From: Takakia lepidozioides
Lineage: Eukaryota; Plantae; Bryophyta
Direction of reading: 5' to 3'
Assembly: GCA_030704615.1 (NCBI GenBank)
Contig: CM060732.1
Coordinates: 45,818,001 to 45,882,000 of the forward strand
Length of the DNA: 64,000 nt
Positions 10,913 to 25,197 of this stretch are shown one piece after another. The notes below the pieces were generated by a model, which had not been told where the DNA came from, did no database searches, and worked only from the letters and a program-made list of their open reading frames with translations. A program made the translations under genes and the position numbers. Position 1 is the first letter of the stretch. The number at the start of each line of letters is the position of its first letter.

Positions 10913-12821
10913 TCCTACTATCCTGCAGCACTCAAAACCCTTAGTTAGAGCCCTTAGTTAGAGCCTTTACCCGCTAACTTACAGTTTGAGTCTGCAAATT
11001 CACAGGACATATCTCAAATTTCCTAAATAATTCAGAGGAAGATCACGAGGACATGAGGACATGCTCCTCGCTATATGTTAGCAGGTTACAAAACTACCAC
11101 ACTCATTATCTTCTGTGGATAAACTGTAGCAAAGTCTCTGTTTGATTTGGAACCCCCAAATCAAAACAAACATAATACCCGCTGTATTGTCGGACTGGAG
11201 CTTCATGCTGTACAATGGGATTGAAACCGTCCCCAGATTGTCCTCGACCTTGTATCATAGCAGCCAAATCTGCTTTCACCCAAGGAGGGATCCACCAACC
11301 CTCCAGCCAAAGGACCTCCTTTGTGCGATTATGTCTCAAGTGTGGGGATCTTGGACTTACCTACAAAAATTACCAGTGGGCACATCTCAACCACAACAGC
11401 TACAACAATAAACCTCCAAGCATCTTTCAAATCATAGGAAACCATCGTGGACAACGTTTTCATGCCCTAATAACTGGCGAGAACTCATTTTGCCTCGAGG
11501 ACACCAGATTTCATTAATTTAAGCAACTACTGATGAAATCCACTCGATCATGGTAGCTTCAAGAACTTCTTTAAAACTTCTGCACGTTCTAAATGAAGAT
11601 AGTCTCACCTCTCAAACCTTTTGTCGCCTCACCCTGAAGAAACTCCTGCCAGAGCTCTTCTATGCTCATTGCTTGACCTCCATGGAAGAACTGCAGGAAC
11701 ATCACAATTGCCAGCTTCTGAAGTCACTGTTGAGGAGTGCTGGTGCTCGACAATCGATCCGCAGAGGCTTGTAATGCAAGTGTCGTCCTGACAAATGCTT
11801 CTACAGGAAAGTAGCCTCCCCCTTTCTCCCCTCCCCCTCTCTCCCCTCCCCCTTTATAGATGTGTGTCTGTGCCCCTTGAGAAACTCAAGTACCAATCAC
11901 AGCCACATAGGCCACATCTAGGTTGGATTGGGAGCTGGAGCTGTAGTGCTGGAATAAATATAACGGATACCAGCCCTACCAGCCCTACCATCAAATCCTC
12001 ATATCCCTGAAACCAAATTGGCATTGGCTGTGTCCCGCGAGCTCTAGAGCATCACCGGCAGAGTCAACACACCGTAGAGGGTACAAACCCACAACGGGAT
12101 CCCGAAGGACTGACATCCCGCAGGCATCATGCCCTGGAATGGGTAGATCTCCCTGTCCATTCTGTACCCTCAGTCTGAATCGCAACCGTGGCTCTGCACT
12201 GCTCAGACCACGGAAATGTTCGTTACATCTCGGGTAATAAGTAGCTCTCTCCATTAAGCGGTACCCCAAAACATAAGCTGATCTCTTCACACTCGCTGCA
12301 AGATTTTCGTGGGCCATCCGCAACACTCTCATTCAGAATCTGCCCCTCCCAGCCCCTTCACGCTTCTACAGTGCAGACCGAGGACGATTTGGAACCACGG
12401 GTCCCACGGGTCTGTACACTTGCACCTCGCCACGTGTTCACAATATCTGAATTTTGGTCCACTCTTTTTCCACTTAAAAGACGCCACGTGGCGAGAGCAT
12501 TGGCATGAAAAGGTTTGAAAAGGTTTGACGAGGGTTAGGTGAGGTTTGACCGCGGTTAGTCGTCCCCTGAGTGTTTGCTTTGTGTGCGTGCGTGTGCAGA
12601 GCGCACTGTGAGTAGCTCATCAACGGAATCGCTTTGACTGCCTCCAATCCTCTTGTTTCTTCCGCGTCTACCACCACAAGAACGGAATGAATTGCGGTGG
12701 GATGAGTTTGGTGGAGTCTGGTTTGAGAAGGAGAGGGCCAGAAGCGTGTCGGGTAGCTCGTTGGTTGGGAATGATTCTACTGTGTTGCATGTTTTCTAAG
12801 ACTTGCGCTTAAGAAGGTCTG

Positions 12822-13290
12822 CAATGTTGAATGGAGAGCTTTTTCGGTCACTCTGTCCTCAGAAGGTAACGTTCGGCATTGAGTGTTGGATTGTATCTTA
12901 CAATTCGAGGAGGCTATCCGTTTGGTTGAGATTGCTCTGTGTTATTCTTCAGGTCTACCCTTGACGAGAAGTTAATTAGGCGTCCAATCTTGAATGGAGA
13001 GGTTTTCGATCACTCTGTCGTTAGGAGGTAAGAGATCCTGAAAGCTGTCGGCATTGAGTGTTGGTTTGGTTGAGGTTGCTCTGTGTTATTCTTCAGGTCT
13101 ACCCTTGACGAGAAGTTAATTAGGCGTCCAATGTTGAATGGAGAGATTTTCGATCACTCTGTCGTTAGAAGGTAAGAGATGCTGAAAGCTGTCGGCATTG
13201 AGTGTTGGATTGTATCTTACAATTCGAGCAACTTGTCCGTTTGGTTGAGAGTGCTCTGTGTTACTCTGCAGGTCTACAGTTGAGGAGAAG
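12822..13290 (+). repeat. Three tandem ~145-165 bp units upstream of the CASP-like CDS, each with a splice donor and acceptor
   Basis: caat.ttgaatggagag recurs at ~12822, ~12985 and ~13128. AG|GTAA donors lie at 12866, 13028 and 13172; tt[c/g]cAG|GT-type acceptors end at 12952, 13096 and 13271. Confidence 0.85.
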
Positions 13291-13836
13291 TGACGTATGA
13301 TTCCATAACTCTCCAGCTTCACGATCCGTGGCAGTAGAGGATCCTTTAGGCTGGTTTTTGCTGCTTGCGGTGGAATGCTTCTAATGTTCACAACGCGCGT
13401 CCTCCAATCTGAGCTTGATTCACATTGTTCCAACTGAAGGATCGGTTCGGTCTAGTGTCCTGATCTGAAGAGGATATCTGGTCAACTTCTGGGACAAGAA
13501 ACTTCTCCTTGTCAGATTTTTCTGTCTGAAGCAGTGAGTCTGGTGCTTATCTCTTGTAAGGAGCGGCCGGGAGAGCGATATCTGTTCTCATGAATATTCA
13601 TGAGTTCACGAGGGAGGATGGACTCTATGTCAAATTATTGATCAACATTCCTGACTAGCTTTTACAGCAGACCTGAATAAAAATGCAAAAGCTTCTCAGT
13701 TATCTGAACCAAGCGTAGGTGAATGGTTACGCTTTATGAGTAGTCGAGGTGGTGTACAGGAAATTGGACAGACAAAGCATGAATACTGAAGATACGTGGA
13801 CAGGTTGAATCTGGTTATCAAATAGCAGCAAGTTAG

Positions 13837-16204
13837 ATGGACGCAAGCAACCCGGCGGTTCATCCAGTAGGTGTGCCTCCTATTTTTCATGGACCTCCAA
13901 TGGCCAGGATGAAGGATTTTCCAGGCTTTGCAGGCACGCCGGGAGGATTGGCGCTTCGATTAGGCCAATTTTGCTTTGCTCTCGTTGCCTTCTGTATTAT
14001 GGTCACCATTTCGGGCTTCTCCTCAGTGACAGCTTTTTGGTAGGACTCCTCACCCCAGGTTCCATGGGGTCCTGCCACTTCCCTACTATTCTCATATACC
14101 ATATTTTCATTGTGATTACTGGTTTGTGCCAGGTTCAAGTTGTAACTCATTTGTTGCCATTGCCTTCAACTATGATCTGAGATCCTAAATCCTTCGCCTT
14201 AAATTTCTTCAGACTCAGTAAATTGTTGATATGGTGTACTTTACTAACCGAAGCAGGATTAATTCAAAGCAATTTTGAACTCACCATAATTATATTCAAT
14301 GATATTCAAAGGGATCAAGTTAGGCTTCACCTTCAGCTACCTCATTGTAAGGTCTTATTCGTTGACTAATAGCTTCTGCTCAATCCTAGCAACAAGTCTA
14401 TGAGATTGAGTGTATGAATATCCTCAGCTGAAAGAGCAACTTCTGCAAGCAGAATTAATTGGCAAGGCTAGGAGCGGTTAATTCTCTTCAGTTTGGACTC
14501 TCACGCTGGTTTCCAGGAGTCAACCAGAGTGGACCTTTTTCAGGACTACAGCACAGCAGTCCAAGCTGGTTACAAAATTGGAGGAGCAACCTTGGTCCCT
14601 TGTGCACAGATGAATTTAAATGACAAAATGCCAAAAAGCATGAGTCCCTAGCAACCAGAAGCACCCACCTGACAAAGCTTGGTTCCACTTTATTGCATGC
14701 AGGAAAACCAAGAATGACTGACATCTATCGGATTGGGGTTTCCATTGGATGCAGCTTTCTTGTTGCAGCTATGGTGTTTCAATGCATCTGGAGTGCATCA
14801 CTAGCAGTCCTGGATGCTTATGCCTTGCTGACAGGACGTTGTCTTCGGAACACTCTCCTAGTCAACCTATTTGTTGTGGGTGACTGGGTAAGCAAGTCGT
14901 AAACTCTGAGTAGAGTCAGTGCCATTTTGTCTCGTCCATGGAATGTGGAATGTATACTTCTTCAGTGAGCAGTCATCTCCCTTTTCCTCTCCATAGCAAG
15001 AATGTGCTGGCCATCTTCATACTTGTTTCAATCCCCACGCAAAGGGGAACACTGAACCACAGCAGGTACCCCAAAATGCATTGCTGATGTCAACTGCTGG
15101 ATCCCTTCATTCAACAAGTGATGGAAGTTTATGCATTTGTTAACCAACCACTTTTTATGGGCAAAATTACAGACCTAATGTAGCTGTTTTGGCTTGCACT
15201 AATTGGTAAGGTAAGCTTCTATGGTTCCACCTGATTTTTTAACAGCTAACGGATTGGCTATGCCATACATAGGGTGTAAAATTAAATCCCAACCCAGGGG
15301 CTTTACTTTCACCATTACATCCGTGTACCCGAGTTGAGTGCATAATGCCTTTATGTGAGGAAATTGAACCTTTCTGGTGTCGGTTGTGGGATATTCTACC
15401 CATTAAGATACAGCAACTCTTTGCAAATTTGCCACAACACTTGCCCACATAGATTGTGGTGACAGAGAATATGTGGACTCACCGGGTGGTGTTGACATCA
15501 TACAGTGCCCCAGGCTGATTCCAGCACTTCCTCTGTTGCCTAGATAGGTGTGGCTATGATTTCTTTGCCAGTCACACAACAGGGAGGAAAGAATGTACTC
15601 ATAAGACGTTGCCGTAGCCTTGTGTCCATAGACCCTGTTTGGGTTGACCAAAAGGGAACAGACACTACCGTTGTGAGGGGCTCACTCCAACAGGGAGGAA
15701 AGAGTGAGAGGCAGAGAGAATCCTGCAGCAATGTGTCCAAAGATGGGTGTCTTTATGTGACAAGGCCATGTAAGCTTTTTCCCAGCCGTTTATATGGTCA
15801 AGCTGCTTTCATCTCTATGGAGTTTCTCACAGGTGGATGTGGGAGAGTGGTAACATAGTGATGAACTCAAGGGACCACATAGGCACTAAGACCCCTAGGG
15901 GCTCTTGAGCAGGGCCATCTGGAAGGCAGCACTTCTGATCTTTAAGTATGAATTTTAGGTGAATTGAATGTCAATCTCACTCTCTCTGACAGGGTTTGTC
16001 TGGTGCAAACAGGTCACCTCAACGATGACGTTTTCATCTGCATGTTCGTCCGCAGGCATCACCGTGCTTATAGGCAATGATTTGAATCAGTGTGATGCCA
16101 ATGACTGCAGCAGATTTGAGGCTGCTACAGCCATGGCATTCTTGAGTTGGATGTTGATCACTTTGTCCTTTTTCTTTTCTTTTTGGCTCTTGGCTACAAG
16201 GTAG
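13837..16204 (+). CDS. CASP-like protein (CASPL5 type), 3 exons: 13837-14039, 14755-14887, 16013-16204
   Basis: PAVHPV...[21 protein letters not shown]...FSSVTAFC/FLVAAM...[20 protein letters not shown]...[12 protein letters not shown], joined by phase-compatible GT-AG introns. Confidence 0.92.
15593..15687 (-). mobile_element. 95-bp 5'-truncated non-LTR (LINE/SINE-like) insertion in CASPL intron 2 with a 16-bp target-site duplication
   Basis: caacagggaggaaaga occurs at 15577-15592 and 15688-15703. The insert matches the 3' end of the LINE fragment at ~24022-24120 (tactcataagacgttg...ccgtagccttgtg). Confidence 0.8.
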
Positions 16205-17889
16205 TTAGGACAAAGGCCTCTTTCAAGCATTTATAAAGTAAGAACGGATCAACCTCGTACCACAAATTCTTCAGGCCCATGTCATTTTTCAGGCTGCTGT
16301 CTCTCAGTTAGCTTGTCTCTGTGGGTCAGACCCTGCCTCCCACTCCTTTCAGGATGATATATCCATCTGCTCCCTCCCTAGCCTACTCCCCAGCCTCTTT
16401 CCTACAATATTTTGTGGGGATTGGCAGTCAGTACATTCTTTCAATGAAGCTTGACCTTATATCTACCAGTTTGTACCTCCCTGTTTCTAATACTTCAGCC
16501 CCAGAAGACCAGTTGGGGGTCAAATTGGATTCCTGTCGTACAGGCCTTGCCCCTCTTTTCATGCCCAGATTTAGAAACTTTTACACTTGGGGGAACATGA
16601 TAATATCTGTCTGAATATGACAACTTAGGCCAGGTCAATAACCTGAGGTTTTACCCAGGTAGGGCTCTCAGACAACAATTTTTGTAGTCTTCATGAGTAG
16701 GAGACATCAAGCTGCTGCAGTCTTTCCTCTCAAATTGTGAACTGGAATTTCACATCTACTTGGTTTGTTCATTGCTTGGTTATGTACACAACAGCTTTGG
16801 CAGGTAACCCATGAGCTGCAGTGGGGTATGGTTGCAGCTACTACCACCTCTCTTGGTATACTAGCTTAGCCTCAAACTTTATATCCTAAATTGGTATTTC
16901 CTGTCTTTCTTGGATAGCTGTTCCTTGCCAGGCAGATTGAGGATTGGAACTCACCTAGCAGACAAGGAAAATCAAAGGTCTAAGAAAACCACCTTGGTTG
17001 TGCAAGACCCTCCCACCCTATGTACTCTAATTTAGAGTACATAAGGTTAGAAAGACACACTTCATGAGCCTGTACTGACACCCAGACTGTAGGTTATGGC
17101 AGATGGAGGGCGTTTTGAAGCATGTTACAACATGTCAGATGGGATGTTGAGGATCTTCCACAAAACTTGGATGTCAAAGAACCAGCTGAAATGTACCAGA
17201 GTTGGGATTTGGTTATCAATGAACCAGTCCATAACAATCTCAAAGAGTGTATAAGACCACCTCACAATCGGAATCCAATCAACCAGCTGAACTGCAGTTT
17301 GTTGCAGATCAATAACAAAACTGTCCAGACCACTCAACAACGCAATTGAGGTTTCAACTTCGAATTCACTAGTTCACTCAGTACAGCTTGTGTCTTCCTT
17401 CAGAGCTATTGAGTCATGCCTGCTTATAGGATGGGGTTCAGGGCCATCACAACAAAGTAACTTACTTACTGTGAGCCTTAATTTTGCTGCTGTTGATCAT
17501 TTTGCAATTCGGAGACAACCACTGGCCACAAAGGTGTAGGTGCAATAATGAGAAAACTATGTTTGGGCATAGCTATACAGCAGCCCTTTTTTGACAGTGG
17601 CACTAAACCAATCTCACCCACTCACCCACAAGTGACTCCACTGACAGTATCTTGCAGACCACTGACTTGGAGTAACCAAACAGATCGTACCTACCATGAA
17701 GAACACAAAGTGATCATGTTTCACTTCCTCTAAACTTTATCATTTCATTGTACGCCAAATTATGAACAGATGTACCTGGGCAAATAATCATAACAGAAGA
17801 GCCATAGTCTTCATGAGGGTCATATCTAACCGGCTGCAGCTCTAGGAAAGCCACCACAGTCCCCAATTCAACAACCTTACAAATGATCT

Positions 17890-20800
17890 CTAAGCATCCA
17901 AATCGTCAATTTCATCGGAGTCCTCATCCCAATCAAGAGACATGGACCTTGTTGCAGCAAGTAGCTCAGTCAGGCCCGTTAGATCTTCCAAATAGTTGGG
18001 GCGATTCAAAACTTCCAACACAAACTCCATGCCTCTCTGCCGGTACTCCGCAACCACCTGCCCATCCCATCCAGTCCCTGATCATCTGTTGATTCACTTC
18101 CATCTGAGCAAACCCTTCCCCTCCTTTCTCTATTTGCACTTTTTCTTTATAAGCAGTGCAACCGAACAAAGCCACATTCCACCATCTGTTTCCAGTTGTT
18201 TCCAGCAGGGCTGCCCTCATGCTTTCGAGTATAAAGTCAAGCCGACAGAGGATAATCCCTCAAATGATGCCGGGAAAATCAAAGCCTTAGTGAGAGTAGA
18301 GATGGGCGCTCAGCCCAGGCTTGAGAAAAGGGAGGGAGGCTTACAGTGGGAGAGCATGCAGTGCACTTGTCAAAGGCATGCCCCAAGACGACAAGTTGGG
18401 CAAAGTGGGCAACAAATCCCCTCACTTGATGGGGCAGTATGCCCAGTGGCTGCTCTGTGTTCTCAGTCACTGCAACTGCCTTGTCTCCTGGAGCATTCAC
18501 CCTGCAATTACAAGGAAGCTAATGAGGCTAACTTTCTTGCTTGATGACGATGAAAAGCTAAATGTGTGAAGTTTTCGATTAGTGGGAGACAACATCGTGC
18601 CCTCCTAAGATGATCAATTCCCTGTCTGAAAGATAATCACTGTAGCACCTTCTCCTCTCTGTTCTTGGACGTGTGAGGGCAATTTGGCCATAACAAAGGC
18701 AGCCTGAACTCTCTTTTTCTGATGAATGCTCTGAGAAGGCTGATGCAAGGTCAAGAAACTTCCAGCTGCAACTGCCAGGGTACTGTCACGGTGGTCCCGA
18801 AGCCCACTCTGGGAAACAGAGACTTATACTAACAGACTTTATCCTTTCCTTTCACATCTATATGCCCTCTCCTTAACATCTAATATGTCAGTGCAAGGGA
18901 GAGCATTGACAAATGGGTAATTATAGACAATGGGTCGTGTAAAACATCCATTTCACAGCTCTGAACTGTATGTTGTTGTTTTTCTTCTGGTTGCTGAAAC
19001 TATGCCACCGTCAATGGGTTGGCAACTCCTTGGGAGTTCAATTTGTTTGTGAAAGGTGTTAGAGCGTTATTGGTCGTCTAAGGTGGGAACTGGAGGGTTC
19101 CCCCTGCCCTTTCTTGTAGAAGGTAGGAAAGGAAACAGAGAGAACTCTCAAGCGATCTGATAGAATTGACCCAAAAGCTCCCTCACTCAAAGACACCCAG
19201 GCTCATACCCTAGAGGATGATGGAGGAGGGCCACTGCAAGCTCGACAGCCAGCGCAGCAGCGATGGGCGCCAAGCCTGGTCGTGTCACAGTGCACTGCTG
19301 ATCCAGCGTCCGATTTGCGGTGGACTGCCACCCATCCACCCCACAGAAGCCTCCTTCACACACGCACTGATGAAGCATAGTCACATGTGGCATGGATAAC
19401 CCAACAACTGTTTGATGAAACTCCCATCAAAGTCTTCATGCATGCACCGTGAAAGTAAGGTCTTGCATCCTGAGTGAAGGTGCCAAATGCGTGCAATTGC
19501 AAGAAGCAAAGTCGCGACTGAATATTGGCAGGGCCAAAGTAAGCAAGAAGAGAGGGAGGTGCACGTACATCCAAAGGGGCCACAACATCGTTGCAAAAAT
19601 AGCAACCCAATCTATGGCTGTCTGCATTGGCACTGCTCCCTGGGCCCATGTCAGGTCCAGCACCATGCCGCATCACTAGATATGTGTCAAATCCCAATGC
19701 TGCATTTATAACCACCTGCATATTTTGTGCTTGTCAGGTTTGAGTGGGCTTCCAAAGCCAGAGTAATTTCTGTCTGGGCACAACGAAGTTTGTGAAGAAA
19801 AGCTCTGAGGCTACCCCTCTAACTCAGCATAAAACTTCAGAAACAGCCTAGACCACTCACAGTACCTTGCTAGCATCAGCGCACAAAAGTGTGGGCAGCC
19901 ACCGGCTTTCACGAGTATCCATCAAAAGGAACACAATATCATGCTCATCCACCATTTCTTTTAACCGCCGGCAGTCCTCCAGCACCCCACTCACTTCTTC
20001 CGGACCCACGCTGTGGCCTGGCATGGGAATTGCCATCCGCACACCCACCGCGTCCTAAAAAACAAGCTATGTAGATGTAAGCTCAACGACATTCGCCTGG
20101 CCAGGACCAGAGGGAAGAAGAACAAAACTTATTACACAAGCAGGAGAAAGGAGAAAAAGTAGAAAAGAAAAGAATTCTTACATCCGCTAGGAGGCCAGGG
20201 AACCCAAGGGCCTCTGGACCAAAAGAAAGTTTAAAGGGAAAGCGATAGAGAGGGTGTGAGCAACTACCACACCAGGGAAGATACGTTTCAGACTTTCAGC
20301 TGCTGCATCAGCCTTGAACTTCCCTCCATTCAAACTATCCTCATGTGTGAAAAGTGACTGGCGAAGTGGGTTGGACATGGCCACTCGCCCGTAATCTACC
20401 AGCGTAATATGTCGCACCCCCCATGCCTTTATCCCCACCAATCAAACCACAAGACAGTATGAGATACAACTCTTTCCTTCTCACTCTCCCTCCCTCTACT
20501 TTGTAAGGAAATGCAATCTTACCAAACTTTATCGTCTGTAACAAAATACTTCCAAGCATAAATCTTGAGAAATAGATATTTAGAACCATTTTCAAATTAA
20601 GTGCTGAAAGTATCCTGTATTGTAAACAGAATGTACTGGTACGACTTTTGTTTGCTGTAGCCTCTGTATTGTAATAGAGAACATTAGTATGCTCCAGATG
20701 TTAATATTAAACCCTTGCCAGATCTCACTGAAGCAGAGTCTAAACAAGCAAACCACCAGTGAAGGCATGCTGGGACTTGCAGCAAAGCATGAAGTGGTAC

Positions 20801-23800
20801 CACGGCCTCCTTTCAGGAAAACATTCATAAGAGGCAGCAACAAAGCTTTGAACACAGTAATGTTTGTATGTTGTAAAAAGGGGTTTGACCCTAACCATGA
20901 GACCTCTTGCCACCTGACAGCCAAGAGTGCCTGCCCCCAAAAGCAGGCACTTTGTGGTCAACAAGCCGGGCAAATCAAGTGATGGCAACAACCGCCACCT
21001 CATCAGCTTCAAGTTCAGATCCGCTGCAGATGCTGCCAACCTGCCATGTCTAGCACTTTCTTCAATCAGGAACCCACCATTGGAACCAGACTACACATAG
21101 ACCAGAAAAAGCACCACACGCCCTCTCTATCCTTGCCCCCCTAGTTTGGTGGCTCAACATTGTATCAGACCCTACTAGGGGTAAACTACCGCAATATCTA
21201 TGTCAGTAAAGTCTTCCGTCCCACAAGGGTACACCAGAGCAGCCAATGCTTTACAGGGAACAGCCACGGGTGACTCCTTATCTCATCTTCACAGACAAAC
21301 ACCGATGCAGTACCGATCACAAACACGAGATGGCTAAAGGAGGTAGAACAGCATGCCTGGTAGGGTCCATAGAGGACGCCAGGGAAACACTCCGTGGTCC
21401 GTTGCGACCACGTGTGTTGCGCTCCCACCCAACTGCTGCCGGTACTTCTTCTGCCCCTTTCCATTCTGCACCAAGGAAGCTGCTCTTATTCTTTGGAAAT
21501 CAACAACACGCCCACATCTGCATCATATCTATAAGAGCGATCTTACTACTGCCAAAACAGACCAGAGGACAACACAACAAATCCATGCACATCCATATAG
21601 TGACATTTCCCATCCATGCATTGAATCACCGAGTAGCAACCTGGAAGAGCAGGCAACACAATGTCGAGGATTGGGCAATGCTGAAGATCCACTAGGCCTC
21701 GCTTTTCTCTATAGCACAAAACTTGCACACGTGTCAACCCCCAGCGCACGCTTGCCAATGCCAGTAAGTTACGAAGTGGCCACCCAGGGTTGGTTGCCAA
21801 GTTGCATGGATCATAGAATGCCAACAACACCTGCAACATTCCATTCATGAGACTCAAAGACCTATGCATGCTACATGATTTCGCCCATCTGAAATAAGCC
21901 TGCACCTGGTTTTCAGAAAGAATGAAATTCTTCAGACAAAGAATTCATCAGCTCTGGCATGTCCAGACACAATTCAGACATGTAAAAAAACTGACCTTCC
22001 CACCTTCTTGTTGGGTGTTGCTCCAGTCTCGCAAAGGCCGGGCGCTCACACTGCCATCGGGTATCCAATGGAGTAAAAAAGCAGTTGCACCTGCGACAGG
22101 GCCAAAGTTTTCCCCTCTCAAAACCACTCCTTTGCATGCCTGTTCCTCACTTTACCCAATAAATCCTGTTTGAGAAACGGAAAAGGCATATTGGCCCACC
22201 CAGCTCGATGGACACCCTGCTCAGGACCACTGCCCAAACTATGATCCGCGGCCCCAATCTGAGTGAGCCTCTCCAGATACATGATGCCCTAAACATACAC
22301 ATCTAATAGCCTTCAGCCCTACTCACCATGGACTAACTAATGCTGCTCATCGCGAAGGAAACGGTGGCACACTTGTCCTAAGTTCTTTGAAGCAACGCAG
22401 ACACAGTGGATTTTCGGAAGCGGCACACATGTGGCATGAATCAGGACCAGAATTTCCTTCGAAGAAACGGTAAGTACCTTGTTGCACATAATTTGGTCAC
22501 AAGTAAACTTCCTAGAGCTACTAGAAGAAAAGAAAAGAGAAGAAAGAAACAGGAACAGGTCAGACGTAATCAACCTAGCTGGAAGTGAGAACCCACATAC
22601 ATACTCAATCCTGAGATACAGGGTTTGCAGAGATACAAAGGTGTGGCTTACTTGCCCCTGTTGGCAATGCTCGCCACGCAGTGCACGCTGCCAAGACCCC
22701 TGCAGCCTGACAAACAAGAATATAAATAACTCTTTCTAAAAACTAGTTTTACATAGAGCAATGTTTGCTCCATGTGAAACTCATAAAAGGATAATCTGAG
22801 TCCTCGCAAACCCTTCATTCATGTAGAGATGGAGAACAAGAACTTTTGTAACAAATAGGTGAACAACAAGGATTCACCTCGTCTTTGCTGAGGACTTCGG
22901 AGGCGGGCTGAGCTGCAGATGCTGTTGCTGGCGGCATCATCACCAGCCCAGGAAAAGCAAACCAGTAATAGAAACTCCACTTCTTCAAGTCAGCATACGA
23001 GACTAACAAGAACCTGCTTAACAGGTTGCTGTTTTCCTCAGCCCTTCCTGAGCAGATATCGTCCCAAATCTGTAGAGAACATACGCAAGTAAACCAAGGA
23101 CAGATTTTTATTTTCTCAGGTTAAGGCAAACCATGGTAGGTGCGAGAAGAGATCATCATTCAAGGGATAATCAAGATGGTCTTTGAATTAGACTTCAAGC
23201 CCCAGGTTCTGATTTGTCCAATCAAAGTGACATACTCCATTCCATATGAAACAAAGACCACTGGTGCTAGAAATAGCAGCTATGCATTAGATAGAGTAGG
23301 CCTGGAATGCTAGGGAAACACCGAGGCTGCTCATTCATCCACCATTTCAGGCAGCTTTCTGGATTTTAATTCCCAGCAAATCCTTAAATTTGGAGCAGAA
23401 ATTATGTTGCTGTTCCGCTCACACATCCTCATTAGACCATTACAATTGTGAGACCAAAGTTTGCGAAGTATGAGACCGACCCACGCACGAGGGATGTCCC
23501 AGACAAGCTATCAAAATATAGCTGATGACTTCCAAAAGTTATTAAGTTGAAGACTACCAATCCAAATTTTGATGATGACATCTAAGAAGGTAGCCTGGAC
23601 AGAGAAAGAGAGTCGAACTCCAATCCACGACTTTCAAAACTCCATCACATAAATAGCATTCACAAGAGCACTATATTCTACCTATTCCATTCATGCACAA
23701 TATGCACACCTCTTCTGGCCACATGGATGAGAAATATTACCTGCTGAGCTGTTGCCTTCAGCAAGGACTGCCTATCAAGGGCATGGAAACTCTCGAGTGT

Positions 23801-24468
23801 GTTGGTATTGTGAAGAGATCCTGGAACAGGGAGCCGGTTTCGGTTGCCGGGGGCTTCAATTGGAGTGTCCGACACGCCACCAGGGTCAGGTGGGAGGGAT
23901 TCGGGTAAAAGTTGCAAAGGTGAAGGCAGCTGTGGATGGCCACATGGTGCAAAGAAGCCTGTTTGCCTCCCCCACACATCAGTATGTCTACGTCCTTGCC
24001 ATAAAGAGAGAGAGAGAGATTCTACTCATAAGACGTTGTTTGCCGTAGCCTTGTGGCCATTGACCCCGCGCCCAGTTTGAGCGGAAACAAAAGGGACAGA
24101 ACCTACCTCTGTCAGGGGCTGACGTTGGTAGTAAGACTTACCTTCATATATAGAATTAATCCGGGTTTTCCAGATATCCTCTAGAAATCCCTTCACACAA
24201 GCATCAATCTGCTGTGTGTGATTTGCCCAAAAACTAGGCCTCAGGAGGGCCTGGGCTTTTGGCTCAGCCTCGAGACTTTCAAAGTTGGTAAACAGAGGCA
24301 CAGGCACAATTCCCTTGATAGATTTGAAGAGAGCGTCTCTTTGGTGAGAGAACCCCGGACGGCGTATCAGAAAATGAATACTGTCTTCAGGTTGCCCACA
24401 CAACGGGCAATTGCACTCTCCCTTTCCTCTCTGCTTCTGTTTGCTGTTCAAAGGTAGGCTTCCTGCCC

Positions 24469-24503
<35 letters not shown>

Positions 24504-25197
24504 CTCCGACTGAAGCCGGCATAACTAACAGCCACTTTGCCTAACGGCTACCATTGCTATAAAAGATATGCAGAAGTATGTTCACCTTCATTATATTGAG
24601 CACAATTCTATAGCCTCTATAAGCTTTAGGTTCACAGCTTACCACCTTTGGCTGTGTGGTCTCCCATGAGTGGCAGTTCTGTTCAAAGGTCTCCGGCTCT
24701 GTACCACTATCTAATTCCACGGCATGGATTTTGAATGCGTATTCATCCAAATAATAGCTTTGCGCTCAATTTTGACAATCCATTTTACCAATTTCCTCCT
24801 CTGCTACGAGATCGGTAAAGAGAGAGATAGACAAAGGGTACTGTGGTGGTAATTGGTTGTAATTGGCAGAAAAATCCGTAGCCAAAAATGGTTCAACAAA
24901 GCGAAATCATCAGAGTTAGTTCTCAAAATTATCTTAGTCAGGATGCAATGACAAGGCGATTTGTTCAAAAATCGTACCGGAGAGGGAAACAGGATGTTCG
25001 GCCAATCGTTGTGTGTCCAGCTTGAAGGAGGCCAGACGGTGCCAGAAACCCTCGTCTGCTGCACCCTGCCATGGCGCAAATTGCAAAACAGCATCCCTCC
25101 CCGCTACTTGCACCCCCTCCCTCCCCCCGCTCTCCTTCACCGCATCATTCCCCGAATCCTGACCCGAATCCTCCACAAGAGGTGCAGTGATCCCCAT
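17890..25197 (-). CDS. ATG7: Ubiquitin-like modifier-activating enzyme ATG7, ~14 exons
   Basis: Exons encode [81 protein letters not shown]...[60 protein letters not shown] (catalytic Cys), [10 protein letters not shown] and [11 protein letters not shown]...LDA*. An alternative upstream ATG lies at 25278. Confidence 0.96.
24020..24468 (-). mobile_element. LINE ORF2 3' fragment (C-terminal zinc-knuckle region) in ATG7 intron 1, flanked by (GA)n
   Basis: [17 protein letters not shown]...FLEDIWKTR resembles the LINE CX2C...ED..HF...C knuckle, with the last Cys lost. (GA)n tracts lie at 24005-24019 and 24470-24499. Confidence 0.72.
24470..24499. repeat. (GA)n microsatellite
   Basis: Perfect AG dinucleotide run. 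Confidence 0.95.

Noticed and set aside
17996-18544. 182-aa plus-strand ORF
   Set aside because: Antisense to ATG7 exons and an intron, with no domain features.
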